DNA from: the human T2T-CHM13v2.0 reference genome, Homo sapiens | Length of the DNA stretch: 64,000 nucleotides | Assembly (NCBI RefSeq): GCF_009914755.1 | Contig: NC_060935.1 | Strand: one strand, 5' to 3' | In this document: positions 32,870 through 64,000 of the stretch, in pieces | Layout: the number at the start of each line of letters is the position of its first letter | Numbering within the stretch: the first letter of the stretch is position 1 | The notes under the pieces: model-generated | What the model was told of the DNA's origin: nothing | Seen by the model: the letters and a program-made list of their open reading frames with translations, nothing else | Databases searched by the model: none | Translations under genes and position numbers: made by a program

Positions 32870-33756
32870 CTTTGTGGTTTTATCTACCTTTGGTCTTTGA
32901 TGATGGTGATGTACAGATGGGTTTTTGGTGTGGATGTCCTTTCTGTTTGTTAGTTTTCCTTCTAACAGAGAGGATCCTCAGCTGCAGGTCTGTTGGAATA
33001 CCCTGCCACGTGAGGTGTCAGTGTGCCCCTGCTGGCGGGTGCCTGCCAGTTAGGCTGCTCGGGGGTCAGGGACCCACTTGAGGAGGCAGTCTGCCCGTTT
33101 TCAGATCTCCAGCTGCGTGCTGGGAGAACCACTGCTCTCTTCAAAGCTGTCAGACAGGGACATTTAAGTATGCAGAGGTTACTGCTGTCTTTTTGTTTGT
33201 CTGTGCCCTGTCCCCAGAGGTGGAGCCTACAGAGGCAGGCAGGCCTCCTTGAGCTGTGGTGGGCTCCACCCAGTTCGAGCATCGGGGCTGCTTTGTTTAC
33301 CTAAGCAAGCCTGGGCAATGGCGGGCGCCCCTCCCCCAGCCTCGCTGCCGCCTTGCAGTTTGATCTCAGACTGCTGTGCTAGCAATCAGCGAGACTCCGT
33401 GGGCATAGGACCCTCTGAGCCAGGTGCGGGATATAATCTCGTGGTGCACCGTTTTTTAAGCCAGTCTGAAAAGCGCAATATTCGGGTGGGAGTGACCCGA
33501 TTTTCCAGGTGAGTCCGTCACCCCTTTCTTTGACTCGGAAAGGGAACTCCCTGACCCCTTGCACTTCCCAAGTGAGGCAATGCCTTGCCCTGCTTCGGCT
33601 CGTGCAAACCCACTGACCTGCGCCCACTGTCTGGCACTCCCTAGTGAGATGAACCCGGTACCTCAGATGGAAATGCAGAAATCACCCATCTTCTGCGTCG
33701 CTCACGCTGGGAGCTATAGACCGGAGCTGTTCCTATTCGGCCATCTTGGCTCCTCC
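32870..33756 (-). promoter_or_regulatory. L1 5'UTR, unit 6
   Basis: Copy of 4705-5591 with T>C at 33009. Confidence 0.9.
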
Positions 33757-33759
33757 TTC

Positions 33760-37422
<3,663 letters not shown>

Positions 37423-37485
37423 TATGATGTTAGTCAGTTATTTTGCTCATTAGTTGATGTAGTTTCTTCCTAGTCTCGATGGTCT

Positions 37486-38502
37486 TTACATTTTGGCATG
37501 ATTTTGCAGCGGCTGGTACTGATTGTTCCTTTCCATGTTCAGCGCTTCCTTCAGGAGCTCTTTTAGGGCAGGCCTGGTGGTGACAAAATCTCTCAGCATT
37601 TGCTTGTCTGTAAAGGATTTTATTTCTCCTTCACTTATGAAGCTTAGTTTGGCTGGATATGAAATTCTGGGTTGAAAATTCTTTTCTTTAAGAATGTTGA
37701 ATATTGGCCCCCACTCTCTTCTGGCTTGTAGGGTTTCTGCTGAGAGATCTGCTGTTAGTCTGATGGGCTTCCCTTTGAGGGTAACCCGACCTTTCTCTCT
37801 GGCTGCCCTTAACATTTTTTCCTTCATTTCAACTTTGGTGAATCTGACAATTATGTGTCTTGGAGTTGCTCTTCTCGAGGAGTATCTTTGTGGCGTTCTC
37901 TGTATTTCCTGAATCTGAACATTGGCCTGCCTTGCTAGATTGGGGAAGTTCTCCTGGATAATATCCTGCAGAGTGTTTTCCAACTTGGTTCCATTCTCCC
38001 CATCACTTTCAGGTACACCAATCAGACGTAGATTTGGTCTTTTCACATAGTCCCATATTTCTTGGAGGCTTTGCTCGTTTCTTTTTATTCTTTTTTCTCT
38101 AAACTTCCCTTCTCGCTTCATTTCATTCATTTCATCTTCCATCGCTGATACCCTTTCTTCCAGTTGATCGCATCGGCTCCTGAGGCTTCTGCATTCTTCA
38201 CGTAGTTCTCGAGCCTTGGTTTTCAGCTCCATCAGCTCCTTTAAGCACTTCTCTGTATTGGTTATTCTAGTTATACATTCTTCTAAATTTTTTTCAAAGT
38301 TTTCAACTTCTTTGCCTTTGGTTTGAATGTCCTCCCGTAGCTCAGAGTAATTTGATCGTCTGAAGCCTTCTTCTCTCAGCTCGTCAAAGTCATTCTCCAT
38401 CCAGCTCTGTTCCGTTGCTGGTGAGGAACGGCGTTCCTTTGGAGGAGGAGAAGCGCTCTGTGTTTTAGAGTTTCCCGTTTTTCTGTTCTGCTTTTTCCCC
38501 AT
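37486..38502 (-). CDS. ORF1: LINE-1 ORF1p, intact
   Basis: 338 aa, same protein as unit 1. Confidence 0.95.
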   Translation of the reverse strand: MGKKQNRKTGNSKTQSASPPPKERRSSPATEQSWMENDFDELREEGFRRSNYSELREDIQTKGKEVENFEKNLEECITRITNTEKCLKELMELKTKARELREECRSLRSRCDQLEERVSAMEDEMNEMKREGKFREKRIKRNEQSLQEIWDYVKRPNLRLIGVPESDGENGTKLENTLQDIIQENFPNLARQANVQIQEIQRTPQRYSSRRATPRHIIVRFTKVEMKEKMLRAAREKGRVTLKGKPIRLTADLSAETLQARREWGPIFNILKEKNFQPRISYPAKLSFISEGEIKSFTDKQMLRDFVTTRPALKELLKEALNMERNNQYQPLQNHAKM

Positions 38503-39389
38503 CTTTGTGGTTTTATCTACCTTTGGTCTTTGATGATGGTGATGTACAGATGGGTTTTTGGTGTGGATGTCCTTTCTGTTTGTTAGTTTTCCTTCTAACA
38601 GAGAGGATCCTCAGCTGCAGGTCTGTTGGAATACCCTGCCATGTGAGGTGTCAGTGTGCCCCTGCTGGCGGGTGCCTGCCAGTTAGGCTGCTCGGGGGTC
38701 AGGGACCCACTTGAGGAGGCAGTCTGCCCGTTTTCAGATCTCCAGCTGCGTGCTGGGAGAACCACTGCTCTCTTCAAAGCTGTCAGACAGGGACATTTAA
38801 GTATGCAGAGGTTACTGCTGTCTTTTTGTTTGTCTGTGCCCTGTCCCCAGAGGTGGAGCCTACAGAGGCAGGCAGGCCTCCTTGAGCTGTGGTGGGCTCC
38901 ACCCAGTTCGAGCATCGGGGCTGCTTTGTTTACCTAAGCAAGCCTGGGCAATGGCGGGCGCCCCTCCCCCAGCCTCGCTGCCGCCTTGCAGTTTGATCTC
39001 AGACTGCTGTGCTAGCAATCAGCGAGACTCCGTGGGCATAGGACCCTCTGAGCCAGGTGCGGGATATAATCTCGTGGTGCACCGTTTTTTAAGCCAGTCT
39101 GAAAAGCGCAATATTCGGGTGGGAGTGACCCGATTTTCCAGGTGAGTCCGTCACCCCTTTCTTTGACTCGGAAAGGGAACTCCCTGACCCCTTGCACTTC
39201 CCAAGTGAGGCAATGCCTTGCCCTGCTTCGGCTCGTGCAAACCCACTGACCTGCGCCCACTGTCTGGCACTCCCTAGTGAGATGAACCCGGTACCTCAGA
39301 TGGAAATGCAGAAATCACCCATCTTCTGCGTCGCTCACGCTGGGAGCTATAGACCGGAGCTGTTCCTATTCGGCCATCTTGGCTCCTCC
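38503..39389 (-). promoter_or_regulatory. L1 5'UTR, unit 7
   Basis: Copy of 4705-5591. Confidence 0.9.
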
Positions 39390-39392
39390 TTC

Positions 39393-43055
<3,663 letters not shown>

Positions 43056-43118
43056 TATGATGTTAGTCAGTTATTTTGCTCATTAGTTGATGTAGTTTCT
43101 TCCTAGTCTCGATGGTCT

Positions 43119-44135
43119 TTACATTTTGGCATGATTTTGCAGCGGCTGGTACTGATTGTTCCTTTCCATGTTCAGCGCTTCCTTCAGGAGCTCTTTTAGG
43201 GCAGGCCTGGTGGTGACAAAATCTCTCAGCATTTGCTTGTCTGTAAAGGATTTTATTTCTCCTTCACTTATGAAGCTTAGTTTGGCTGGATATGAAATTC
43301 TGGGTTGAAAATTCTTTTCTTTAAGAATGTTGAATATTGGCCCCCACTCTCTTCTGGCTTGTAGGGTTTCTGCTGAGAGATCTGCTGTTAGTCTGATGGG
43401 CTTCCCTTTGAGGGTAACCCGACCTTTCTCTCTGGCTGCCCTTAACATTTTTTCCTTCATTTCAACTTTGGTGAATCTGACAATTATGTGTCTTGGAGTT
43501 GCTCTTCTCGAGGAGTATCTTTGTGGCGTTCTCTGTATTTCCTGAATCTGAACATTGGCCTGCCTTGCTAGATTGGGGAAGTTCTCCTGGATAATATCCT
43601 GCAGAGTGTTTTCCAACTTGGTTCCATTCTCCCCATCACTTTCAGGTACACCAATCAGACGTAGATTTGGTCTTTTCACATAGTCCCATATTTCTTGGAG
43701 GCTTTGCTCGTTTCTTTTTATTCTTTTTTCTCTAAACTTCCCTTCTCGCTTCATTTCATTCATTTCATCTTCCATCGCTGATACCCTTTCTTCCAGTTGA
43801 TCGCATCGGCTCCTGAGGCTTCTGCATTCTTCACGTAGTTCTCGAGCCTTGGTTTTCAGCTCCATCAGCTCCTTTAAGCACTTCTCTGTATTGGTTATTC
43901 TAGTTATACATTCTTCTAAATTTTTTTCAAAGTTTTCAACTTCTTTGCCTTTGGTTTGAATGTCCTCCCGTAGCTCAGAGTAATTTGATCGTCTGAAGCC
44001 TTCTTCTCTCAGCTCGTCAAAGTCATTCTCCATCCAGCTCTGTTCCGTTGCTGGTGAGGAACGGCGTTCCTTTGGAGGAGGAGAAGCGCTCTGTGTTTTA
44101 GAGTTTCCCGTTTTTCTGTTCTGCTTTTTCCCCAT
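43119..44135 (-). CDS. ORF1: LINE-1 ORF1p, intact
   Basis: 338 aa, same protein as unit 1. Confidence 0.95.
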   Translation of the reverse strand: MGKKQNRKTGNSKTQSASPPPKERRSSPATEQSWMENDFDELREEGFRRSNYSELREDIQTKGKEVENFEKNLEECITRITNTEKCLKELMELKTKARELREECRSLRSRCDQLEERVSAMEDEMNEMKREGKFREKRIKRNEQSLQEIWDYVKRPNLRLIGVPESDGENGTKLENTLQDIIQENFPNLARQANVQIQEIQRTPQRYSSRRATPRHIIVRFTKVEMKEKMLRAAREKGRVTLKGKPIRLTADLSAETLQARREWGPIFNILKEKNFQPRISYPAKLSFISEGEIKSFTDKQMLRDFVTTRPALKELLKEALNMERNNQYQPLQNHAKM

Positions 44136-45022
44136 CTTTGTGGTTTTATCTACCTTTGGTCTTTGATGATGGTGATGTACAGATGGGTTTTTGGTGTGGA
44201 TGTCCTTTCTGTTTGTTAGTTTTCCTTCTAACAGAGAGGATCCTCAGCTGCAGGTCTGTTGGAATACCCTGCCATGTGAGGTGTCAGTGTGCCCCTGCTG
44301 GCGGGTGCCTGCCAGTTAGGCTGCTCGGGGGTCAGGGACCCACTTGAGGAGGCAGTCTGCCCGTTTTCAGATCTCCAGCTGCGTGCTGGGAGAACCACTG
44401 CTCTCTTCAAAGCTGTCAGACAGGGACATTTAAGTATGCAGAGGTTACTGCTGTCTTTTTGTTTGTCTGTGCCCTGTCCCCAGAGGTGGAGCCTACAGAG
44501 GCAGGCAGGCCTCCTTGAGCTGTGGTGGGCTCCACCCAGTTCGAGCATCGGGGCTGCTTTGTTTACCTAAGCAAGCCTGGGCAATGGCGGGCGCCCCTCC
44601 CCCAGCCTCGCTGCCGCCTTGCAGTTTGATCTCAGACTGCTGTGCTAGCAATCAGCGAGACTCCGTGGGCATAGGACCCTCTGAGCCAGGTGCGGGATAT
44701 AATCTCGTGGTGCACCGTTTTTTAAGCCAGTCTGAAAAGCGCAATATTCGGGTGGGAGTGACCCGATTTTCCAGGTGAGTCCGTCACCCCTTTCTTTGAC
44801 TCGGAAAGGGAACTCCCTGACCCCTTGCACTTCCCAAGTGAGGCAATGCCTTGCCCTGCTTCGGCTCGTGCAAACCCACTGACCTGCGCCCACTGTCTGG
44901 CACTCCCTAGTGAGATGAACCCGGTACCTCAGATGGAAATGCAGAAATCACCCATCTTCTGCGTCGCTCACGCTGGGAGCTATAGACCGGAGCTGTTCCT
45001 ATTCGGCCATCTTGGCTCCTCC
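44136..45022 (-). promoter_or_regulatory. L1 5'UTR, unit 8
   Basis: Copy of 4705-5591. Confidence 0.9.
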
Positions 45023-45025
45023 TTC

Positions 45026-48687
<3,662 letters not shown>

Positions 48688-48750
48688 TATGATGTTAGTC
48701 AGTTATTTTGCTCATTAGTTGATGTAGTTTCTTCCTAGTCTCGATGGTCT

Positions 48751-49767
48751 TTACATTTTGGCATGATTTTGCAGCGGCTGGTACTGATTGTTCCTTTCCA
48801 TGTTCAGTGCTTCCTTCAGGAGCTCTTTTAGGGCAGGCCTGGTGGTGACAAAATCTCTCAGCATTTGCTTGTCTGTAAAGGATTTTATTTCTCCTTCACT
48901 TATGAAGCTTAGTTTGGCTGGATATGAAATTCTGGGTTGAAAATTCTTTTCTTTAAGAATGTTGAATATTGGCCCCCACTCTCTTCTGGCTTGTAGGGTT
49001 TCTGCTGAGAGATCTGCTGTTAGTCTGATGGGCTTCCCTTTGAGGGTAACCCGACCTTTCTCTCTGGCTGCCCTTAACATTTTTTCCTTCATTTCAACTT
49101 TGGTGAATCTGACAATTATGTGTCTTGGAGTTGCTCTTCTCGAGGAGTATCTTTGTGGCGTTCTCTGTATTTCCTGAATCTGAACATTGGCCTGCCTTGC
49201 TAGATTGGGGAAGTTCTCCTGGATAATATCCTGCAGAGTGTTTTCCAACTTGGTTCCATTCTCCCCATCACTTTCAGGTACACCAATCAGACGTAGATTT
49301 GGTCTTTTCACATAGTCCCATATTTCTTGGAGGCTTTGCTCGTTTCTTTTTATTCTTTTTTCTCTAAACTTCCCTTCTCGCTTCATTTCATTCATTTCAT
49401 CTTCCATCGCTGATACCCTTTCTTCCAGTTGATCGCATCGGCTCCTGAGGCTTCTGCATTCTTCACGTAGTTCTCGAGCCTTGGTTTTCAGCTCCATCAG
49501 CTCCTTTAAGCACTTCTCTGTATTGGTTATTCTAGTTATACATTCTTCTAAATTTTTTTCAAAGTTTTCAACTTCTTTGCCTTTGGTTTGAATGTCCTCC
49601 CGTAGCTCAGAGTAATTTGATCGTCTGAAGCCTTCTTCTCTCAGCTCGTCAAAGTCATTCTCCATCCAGCTCTGTTCCGTTGCTGGTGAGGAACGGCGTT
49701 CCTTTGGAGGAGGAGAAGCGCTCTGTGTTTTAGAGTTTCCCGTTTTTCTGTTCTGCTTTTTCCCCAT
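48751..49767 (-). CDS. ORF1: LINE-1 ORF1p, intact
   Basis: 338 aa; synonymous GCG>GCA at 48808. Confidence 0.95.
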   Translation of the reverse strand: MGKKQNRKTGNSKTQSASPPPKERRSSPATEQSWMENDFDELREEGFRRSNYSELREDIQTKGKEVENFEKNLEECITRITNTEKCLKELMELKTKARELREECRSLRSRCDQLEERVSAMEDEMNEMKREGKFREKRIKRNEQSLQEIWDYVKRPNLRLIGVPESDGENGTKLENTLQDIIQENFPNLARQANVQIQEIQRTPQRYSSRRATPRHIIVRFTKVEMKEKMLRAAREKGRVTLKGKPIRLTADLSAETLQARREWGPIFNILKEKNFQPRISYPAKLSFISEGEIKSFTDKQMLRDFVTTRPALKELLKEALNMERNNQYQPLQNHAKM

Positions 49768-50654
49768 CTTTGTGGTTTTATCTACCTTTGGTCTTTGATG
49801 ATGGTGATGTACAGATGGGTTTTTGGTGTGGATGTCCTTTCTGTTTGTTAGTTTTCCTTCTAACAGAGAGGATCCTCAGCTGCAGGTCTGTTGGAATACC
49901 CTGCCATGTGAGGTGTCAGTGTGCCCCTGCTGGCGGGTGCCTGCCAGTTAGGCTGCTCGGGGGTCAGGGACCCACTTGAGGAGGCAGTCTGCCCGTTTTC
50001 AGATCTCCAGCTGCGTGCTGGGAGAACCACTGCTCTCTTCAAAGCTGTCAGACAGGGACATTTAAGTATGCAGAGGTTACTGCTGTCTTTTTGTTTGTCT
50101 GTGCCCTGTCCCCAGAGGTGGAGCCTACAGAGGCAGGCAGGCCTCCTTGAGCTGTGGTGGGCTCCACCCAGTTCGAGCATCGGGGCTGCTTTGTTTACCT
50201 AAGCAAGCCTGGGCAATGGCGGGCGCCCCTCCCCCAGCCTCGCTGCCGCCTTGCAGTTTGATCTCAGACTGCTGTGCTAGCAATCAGCGAGACTCCGTGG
50301 GCATAGGACCCTCTGAGCCAGGTGCGGGATATAATCTCGTGGTGCACCGTTTTTTAAGCCAGTCTGAAAAGCGCAATATTCGGGTGGGAGTGACCCGATT
50401 TTCCAGGTGAGTCCGTCACCCCTTTCTTTGACTCGGAAAGGGAACTCCCTGACCCCTTGCACTTCCCAAGTGAGGCAATGCCTTGCCCTGCTTCGGCTCG
50501 TGCAAACCCACTGACCTGCGCCCACTGTCTGGCACTCCCTAGTGAGATGAACCCGGTACCTCAGATGGAAATGCAGAAATCACCCATCTTCTGCGTCGCT
50601 CACGCTGGGAGCTATAGACCGGAGCTGTTCCTATTCGGCCATCTTGGCTCCTCC
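49768..50654 (-). promoter_or_regulatory. L1 5'UTR, unit 9
   Basis: Copy of 4705-5591. Confidence 0.9.
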
Positions 50655-50657
50655 TTC

Positions 50658-54320
<3,663 letters not shown>

Positions 54321-54383
54321 TATGATGTTAGTCAGTTATTTTGCTCATTAGTTGATGTAGTTTCTTCCTAGTCTCGATGGTCT

Positions 54384-55400
54384 TTACATTTTGGCATGAT
54401 TTTGCAGCGGCTGGTACTGATTGTTCCTTTCCATGTTCAGCGCTTCCTTCAGGAGCTCTTTTAGGGCAGGCCTGGTGGTGACAAAATCTCTCAGCATTTG
54501 CTTGTCTGTAAAGGATTTTATTTCTCCTTCACTTATGAAGCTTAGTTTGGCTGGATATGAAATTCTGGGTTGAAAATTCTTTTCTTTAAGAATGTTGAAT
54601 ATTGGCCCCCACTCTCTTCTGGCTTGTAGGGTTTCTGCTGAGAGATCTGCTGTTAGTCTGATGGGCTTCCCTTTGAGGGTAACCCGACCTTTCTCTCTGG
54701 CTGCCCTTAACATTTTTTCCTTCATTTCAACTTTGGTGAATCTGACAATTATGTGTCTTGGAGTTGCTCTTCTCGAGGAGTATCTTTGTGGCGTTCTCTG
54801 TATTTCCTGAATCTGAACATTGGCCTGCCTTGCTAGATTGGGGAAGTTCTCCTGGATAATATCCTGCAGAGTGTTTTCCAACTTGGTTCCATTCTCCCCA
54901 TCACTTTCAGGTACACCAATCAGACGTAGATTTGGTCTTTTCACATAGTCCCATATTTCTTGGAGGCTTTGCTCGTTTCTTTTTATTCTTTTTTCTCTAA
55001 ACTTCCCTTCTCGCTTCATTTCATTCATTTCATCTTCCATCGCTGATACCCTTTCTTCCAGTTGATCGCATCGGCTCCTGAGGCTTCTGCATTCTTCACG
55101 TAGTTCTCGAGCCTTGGTTTTCAGCTCCATCAGCTCCTTTAAGCACTTCTCTGTATTGGTTATTCTAGTTATACATTCTTCTAAATTTTTTTCAAAGTTT
55201 TCAACTTCTTTGCCTTTGGTTTGAATGTCCTCCCGTAGCTCAGAGTAATTTGATCGTCTGAAGCCTTCTTCTCTCAGCTCGTCAAAGTCATTCTCCATCC
55301 AGCTCTGTTCCGTTGCTGGTGAGGAACGGCGTTCCTTTGGAGGAGGAGAAGCGCTCTGTGTTTTAGAGTTTCCCGTTTTTCTGTTCTGCTTTTTCCCCAT
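54384..55400 (-). CDS. ORF1: LINE-1 ORF1p, intact
   Basis: 338 aa, same protein as unit 1. Confidence 0.95.
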   Translation of the reverse strand: MGKKQNRKTGNSKTQSASPPPKERRSSPATEQSWMENDFDELREEGFRRSNYSELREDIQTKGKEVENFEKNLEECITRITNTEKCLKELMELKTKARELREECRSLRSRCDQLEERVSAMEDEMNEMKREGKFREKRIKRNEQSLQEIWDYVKRPNLRLIGVPESDGENGTKLENTLQDIIQENFPNLARQANVQIQEIQRTPQRYSSRRATPRHIIVRFTKVEMKEKMLRAAREKGRVTLKGKPIRLTADLSAETLQARREWGPIFNILKEKNFQPRISYPAKLSFISEGEIKSFTDKQMLRDFVTTRPALKELLKEALNMERNNQYQPLQNHAKM

Positions 55401-56287
55401 CTTTGTGGTTTTATCTACCTTTGGTCTTTGATGATGGTGATGTACAGATGGGTTTTTGGTGTGGATGTCCTTTCTGTTTGTTAGTTTTCCTTCTAACAGA
55501 GAGGATCCTCAGCTGCAGGTCTGTTGGAATACCCTGCCATGTGAGGTGTCAGTGTGCCCCTGCTGGCGGGTGCCTGCCAGTTAGGCTGCTCGGGGGTCAG
55601 GGACCCACTTGAGGAGGCAGTCTGCCCGTTTTCAGATCTCCAGCTGCGTGCTGGGAGAACCACTGCTCTCTTCAAAGCTGTCAGACAGGGACATTTAAGT
55701 ATGCAGAGGTTACTGCTGTCTTTTTGTTTGTCTGTGCCCTGTCCCCAGAGGTGGAGCCTACAGAGGCAGGCAGGCCTCCTTGAGCTGTGGTGGGCTCCAC
55801 CCAGTTCGAGCATCGGGGCTGCTTTGTTTACCTAAGCAAGCCTGGGCAATGGCGGGCGCCCCTCCCCCAGCCTCGCTGCCGCCTTGCAGTTTGATCTCAG
55901 ACTGCTGTGCTAGCAATCAGCGAGACTCCGTGGGCATAGGACCCTCTGAGCCAGGTGCGGGATATAATCTCGTGGTGCACCGTTTTTTAAGCCAGTCTGA
56001 AAAGCGCAATATTCGGGTGGGAGTGACCCGATTTTCCAGGTGAGTCCGTCACCCCTTTCTTTGACTCGGAAAGGGAACTCCCTGACCCCTTGCACTTCCC
56101 AAGTGAGGCAATGCCTTGCCCTGCTTCGGCTCGTGCAAACCCACTGACCTGCGCCCACTGTCTGGCACTCCCTAGTGAGATGAACCCGGTACCTCAGATG
56201 GAAATGCAGAAATCACCCATCTTCTGCGTCGCTCACGCTGGGAGCTATAGACCGGAGCTGTTCCTATTCGGCCATCTTGGCTCCTCC
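55401..56287 (-). promoter_or_regulatory. L1 5'UTR, unit 10
   Basis: Copy of 4705-5591. Confidence 0.9.
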
Positions 56288-56290
56288 TTC

Positions 56291-59953
<3,663 letters not shown>

Positions 59954-60016
59954 TATGATGTTAGTCAGTTATTTTGCTCATTAGTTGATGTAGTTTCTTC
60001 CTAGTCTCGATGGTCT

Positions 60017-61033
60017 TTACATTTTGGCATGATTTTGCAGCGGCTGGTACTGATTGTTCCTTTCCATGTTCAGTGCTTCCTTCAGGAGCTCTTTTAGGGC
60101 AGGCCTGGTGGTGACAAAATCTCTCAGCATTTGCTTGTCTGTAAAGGATTTTATTTCTCCTTCACTTATGAAGCTTAGTTTGGCTGGATATGAAATTCTG
60201 GGTTGAAAATTCTTTTCTTTAAGAATGTTGAATATTGGCCCCCACTCTCTTCTGGCTTGTAGGGTTTCTGCTGAGAGATCTGCTGTTAGTCTGATGGGCT
60301 TCCCTTTGAGGGTAACCCGACCTTTCTCTCTGGCTGCCCTTAACATTTTTTCCTTCATTTCAACTTTGGTGAATCTGACAATTATGTGTCTTGGAGTTGC
60401 TCTTCTCGAGGAGTATCTTTGTGGCGTTCTCTGTATTTCCTGAATCTGAACATTGGCCTGCCTTGCTAGATTGGGGAAGTTCTCCTGGATAATATCCTGC
60501 AGAGTGTTTTCCAACTTGGTTCCATTCTCCCCATCACTTTCAGGTACACCAATCAGACGTAGATTTGGTCTTTTCACATAGTCCCATATTTCTTGGAGGC
60601 TTTGCTCGTTTCTTTTTATTCTTTTTTCTCTAAACTTCCCTTCTCGCTTCATTTCATTCATTTCATCTTCCATCGCTGATACCCTTTCTTCCAGTTGATC
60701 GCATCGGCTCCTGAGGCTTCTGCATTCTTCACGTAGTTCTCGAGCCTTGGTTTTCAGCTCCATCAGCTCCTTTAAGCACTTCTCTGTATTGGTTATTCTA
60801 GTTATACATTCTTCTAAATTTTTTTCAAAGTTTTCAACTTCTTTGCCTTTGGTTTGAATGTCCTCCCGTAGCTCAGAGTAATTTGATCGTCTGAAGCCTT
60901 CTTCTCTCAGCTCGTCAAAGTCATTCTCCATCCAGCTCTGTTCCGTTGCTGGTGAGGAACGGCGTTCCTTTGGAGGAGGAGAAGCGCTCTGTGTTTTAGA
61001 GTTTCCCGTTTTTCTGTTCTGCTTTTTCCCCAT
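60017..61033 (-). CDS. ORF1: LINE-1 ORF1p, intact
   Basis: 338 aa; synonymous GCG>GCA at 60074. Confidence 0.95.
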   Translation of the reverse strand: MGKKQNRKTGNSKTQSASPPPKERRSSPATEQSWMENDFDELREEGFRRSNYSELREDIQTKGKEVENFEKNLEECITRITNTEKCLKELMELKTKARELREECRSLRSRCDQLEERVSAMEDEMNEMKREGKFREKRIKRNEQSLQEIWDYVKRPNLRLIGVPESDGENGTKLENTLQDIIQENFPNLARQANVQIQEIQRTPQRYSSRRATPRHIIVRFTKVEMKEKMLRAAREKGRVTLKGKPIRLTADLSAETLQARREWGPIFNILKEKNFQPRISYPAKLSFISEGEIKSFTDKQMLRDFVTTRPALKELLKEALNMERNNQYQPLQNHAKM

Positions 61034-61920
61034 CTTTGTGGTTTTATCTACCTTTGGTCTTTGATGATGGTGATGTACAGATGGGTTTTTGGTGTGGATG
61101 TCCTTTCTGTTTGTTAGTTTTCCTTCTAACAGAGAGGATCCTCAGCTGCAGGTCTGTTGGAATACCCTGCCATGTGAGGTGTCAGTGTGCCCCTGCTGGC
61201 GGGTGCCTGCCAGTTAGGCTGCTCGGGGGTCAGGGACCCACTTGAGGAGGCAGTCTGCCCGTTTTCAGATCTCCAGCTGCGTGCTGGGAGAACCACTGCT
61301 CTCTTCAAAGCTGTCAGACAGGGACATTTAAGTATGCAGAGGTTACTGCTGTCTTTTTGTTTGTCTGTGCCCTGTCCCCAGAGGTGGAGCCTACAGAGGC
61401 AGGCAGGCCTCCTTGAGCTGTGGTGGGCTCCACCCAGTTCGAGCATCGGGGCTGCTTTGTTTACCTAAGCAAGCCTGGGCAATGGCGGGCGCCCCTCCCC
61501 CAGCCTCGCTGCCGCCTTGCAGTTTGATCTCAGACTGCTGTGCTAGCAATCAGCGAGACTCCGTGGGCATAGGACCCTCTGAGCCAGGTGCGGGATATAA
61601 TCTCGTGGTGCACCGTTTTTTAAGCCAGTCTGAAAAGCGCAATATTCGGGTGGGAGTGACCCGATTTTCCAGGTGAGTCCGTCACCCCTTTCTTTGACTC
61701 GGAAAGGGAACTCCCTGACCCCTTGCACTTCCCAAGTGAGGCAATGCCTTGCCCTGCTTCGGCTCGTGCAAACCCACTGACCTGCGCCCACTGTCTGGCA
61801 CTCCCTAGTGAGATGAACCCGGTACCTCAGATGGAAATGCAGAAATCACCCATCTTCTGCGTCGCTCACGCTGGGAGCTATAGACCGGAGCTGTTCCTAT
61901 TCGGCCATCTTGGCTCCTCC
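61034..61920 (-). promoter_or_regulatory. L1 5'UTR, unit 11
   Basis: Copy of 4705-5591. Confidence 0.9.
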
Positions 61921-61923
61921 TTC

Positions 61924-64000
<2,077 letters not shown>

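Overview
The whole 64 kb is one head-to-tail tandem array (macrosatellite) of a 5,633-bp monomer made only of primate LINE-1 sequence on the minus strand. It contains 10 complete units plus two cut by the window edges; neither array end is visible. Each monomer has an 887-bp 5'UTR (YY1 site intact, lacking the 129-bp ZNF93-binding segment), an intact 338-aa ORF1p, the 63-bp spacer and a dead ORF2. ORF2 carries 3 nonsense and 3 frameshift lesions shared by all copies and breaks off about 51 codons early, so there is no 3'UTR or poly(A). Units are nearly identical: I found only 9 differences by eye, two of them shared between non-adjacent units. The inter-unit junction looks like the 5' end of a TPRT insertion: an EN-type site TCTT/AA, a 13-bp putative TSD half, and extra GAA before the L1 start. 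The ~0.6 kb next to it looks older (L1PA4-like) than the L1PA2-like body. My inference is that a full-length L1 inserted into an older co-oriented L1, and unequal recombination between the two then created and amplified the monomer. Subfamily calls come from recalled consensus positions and need alignment. An assembly artefact cannot be fully excluded from sequence alone.
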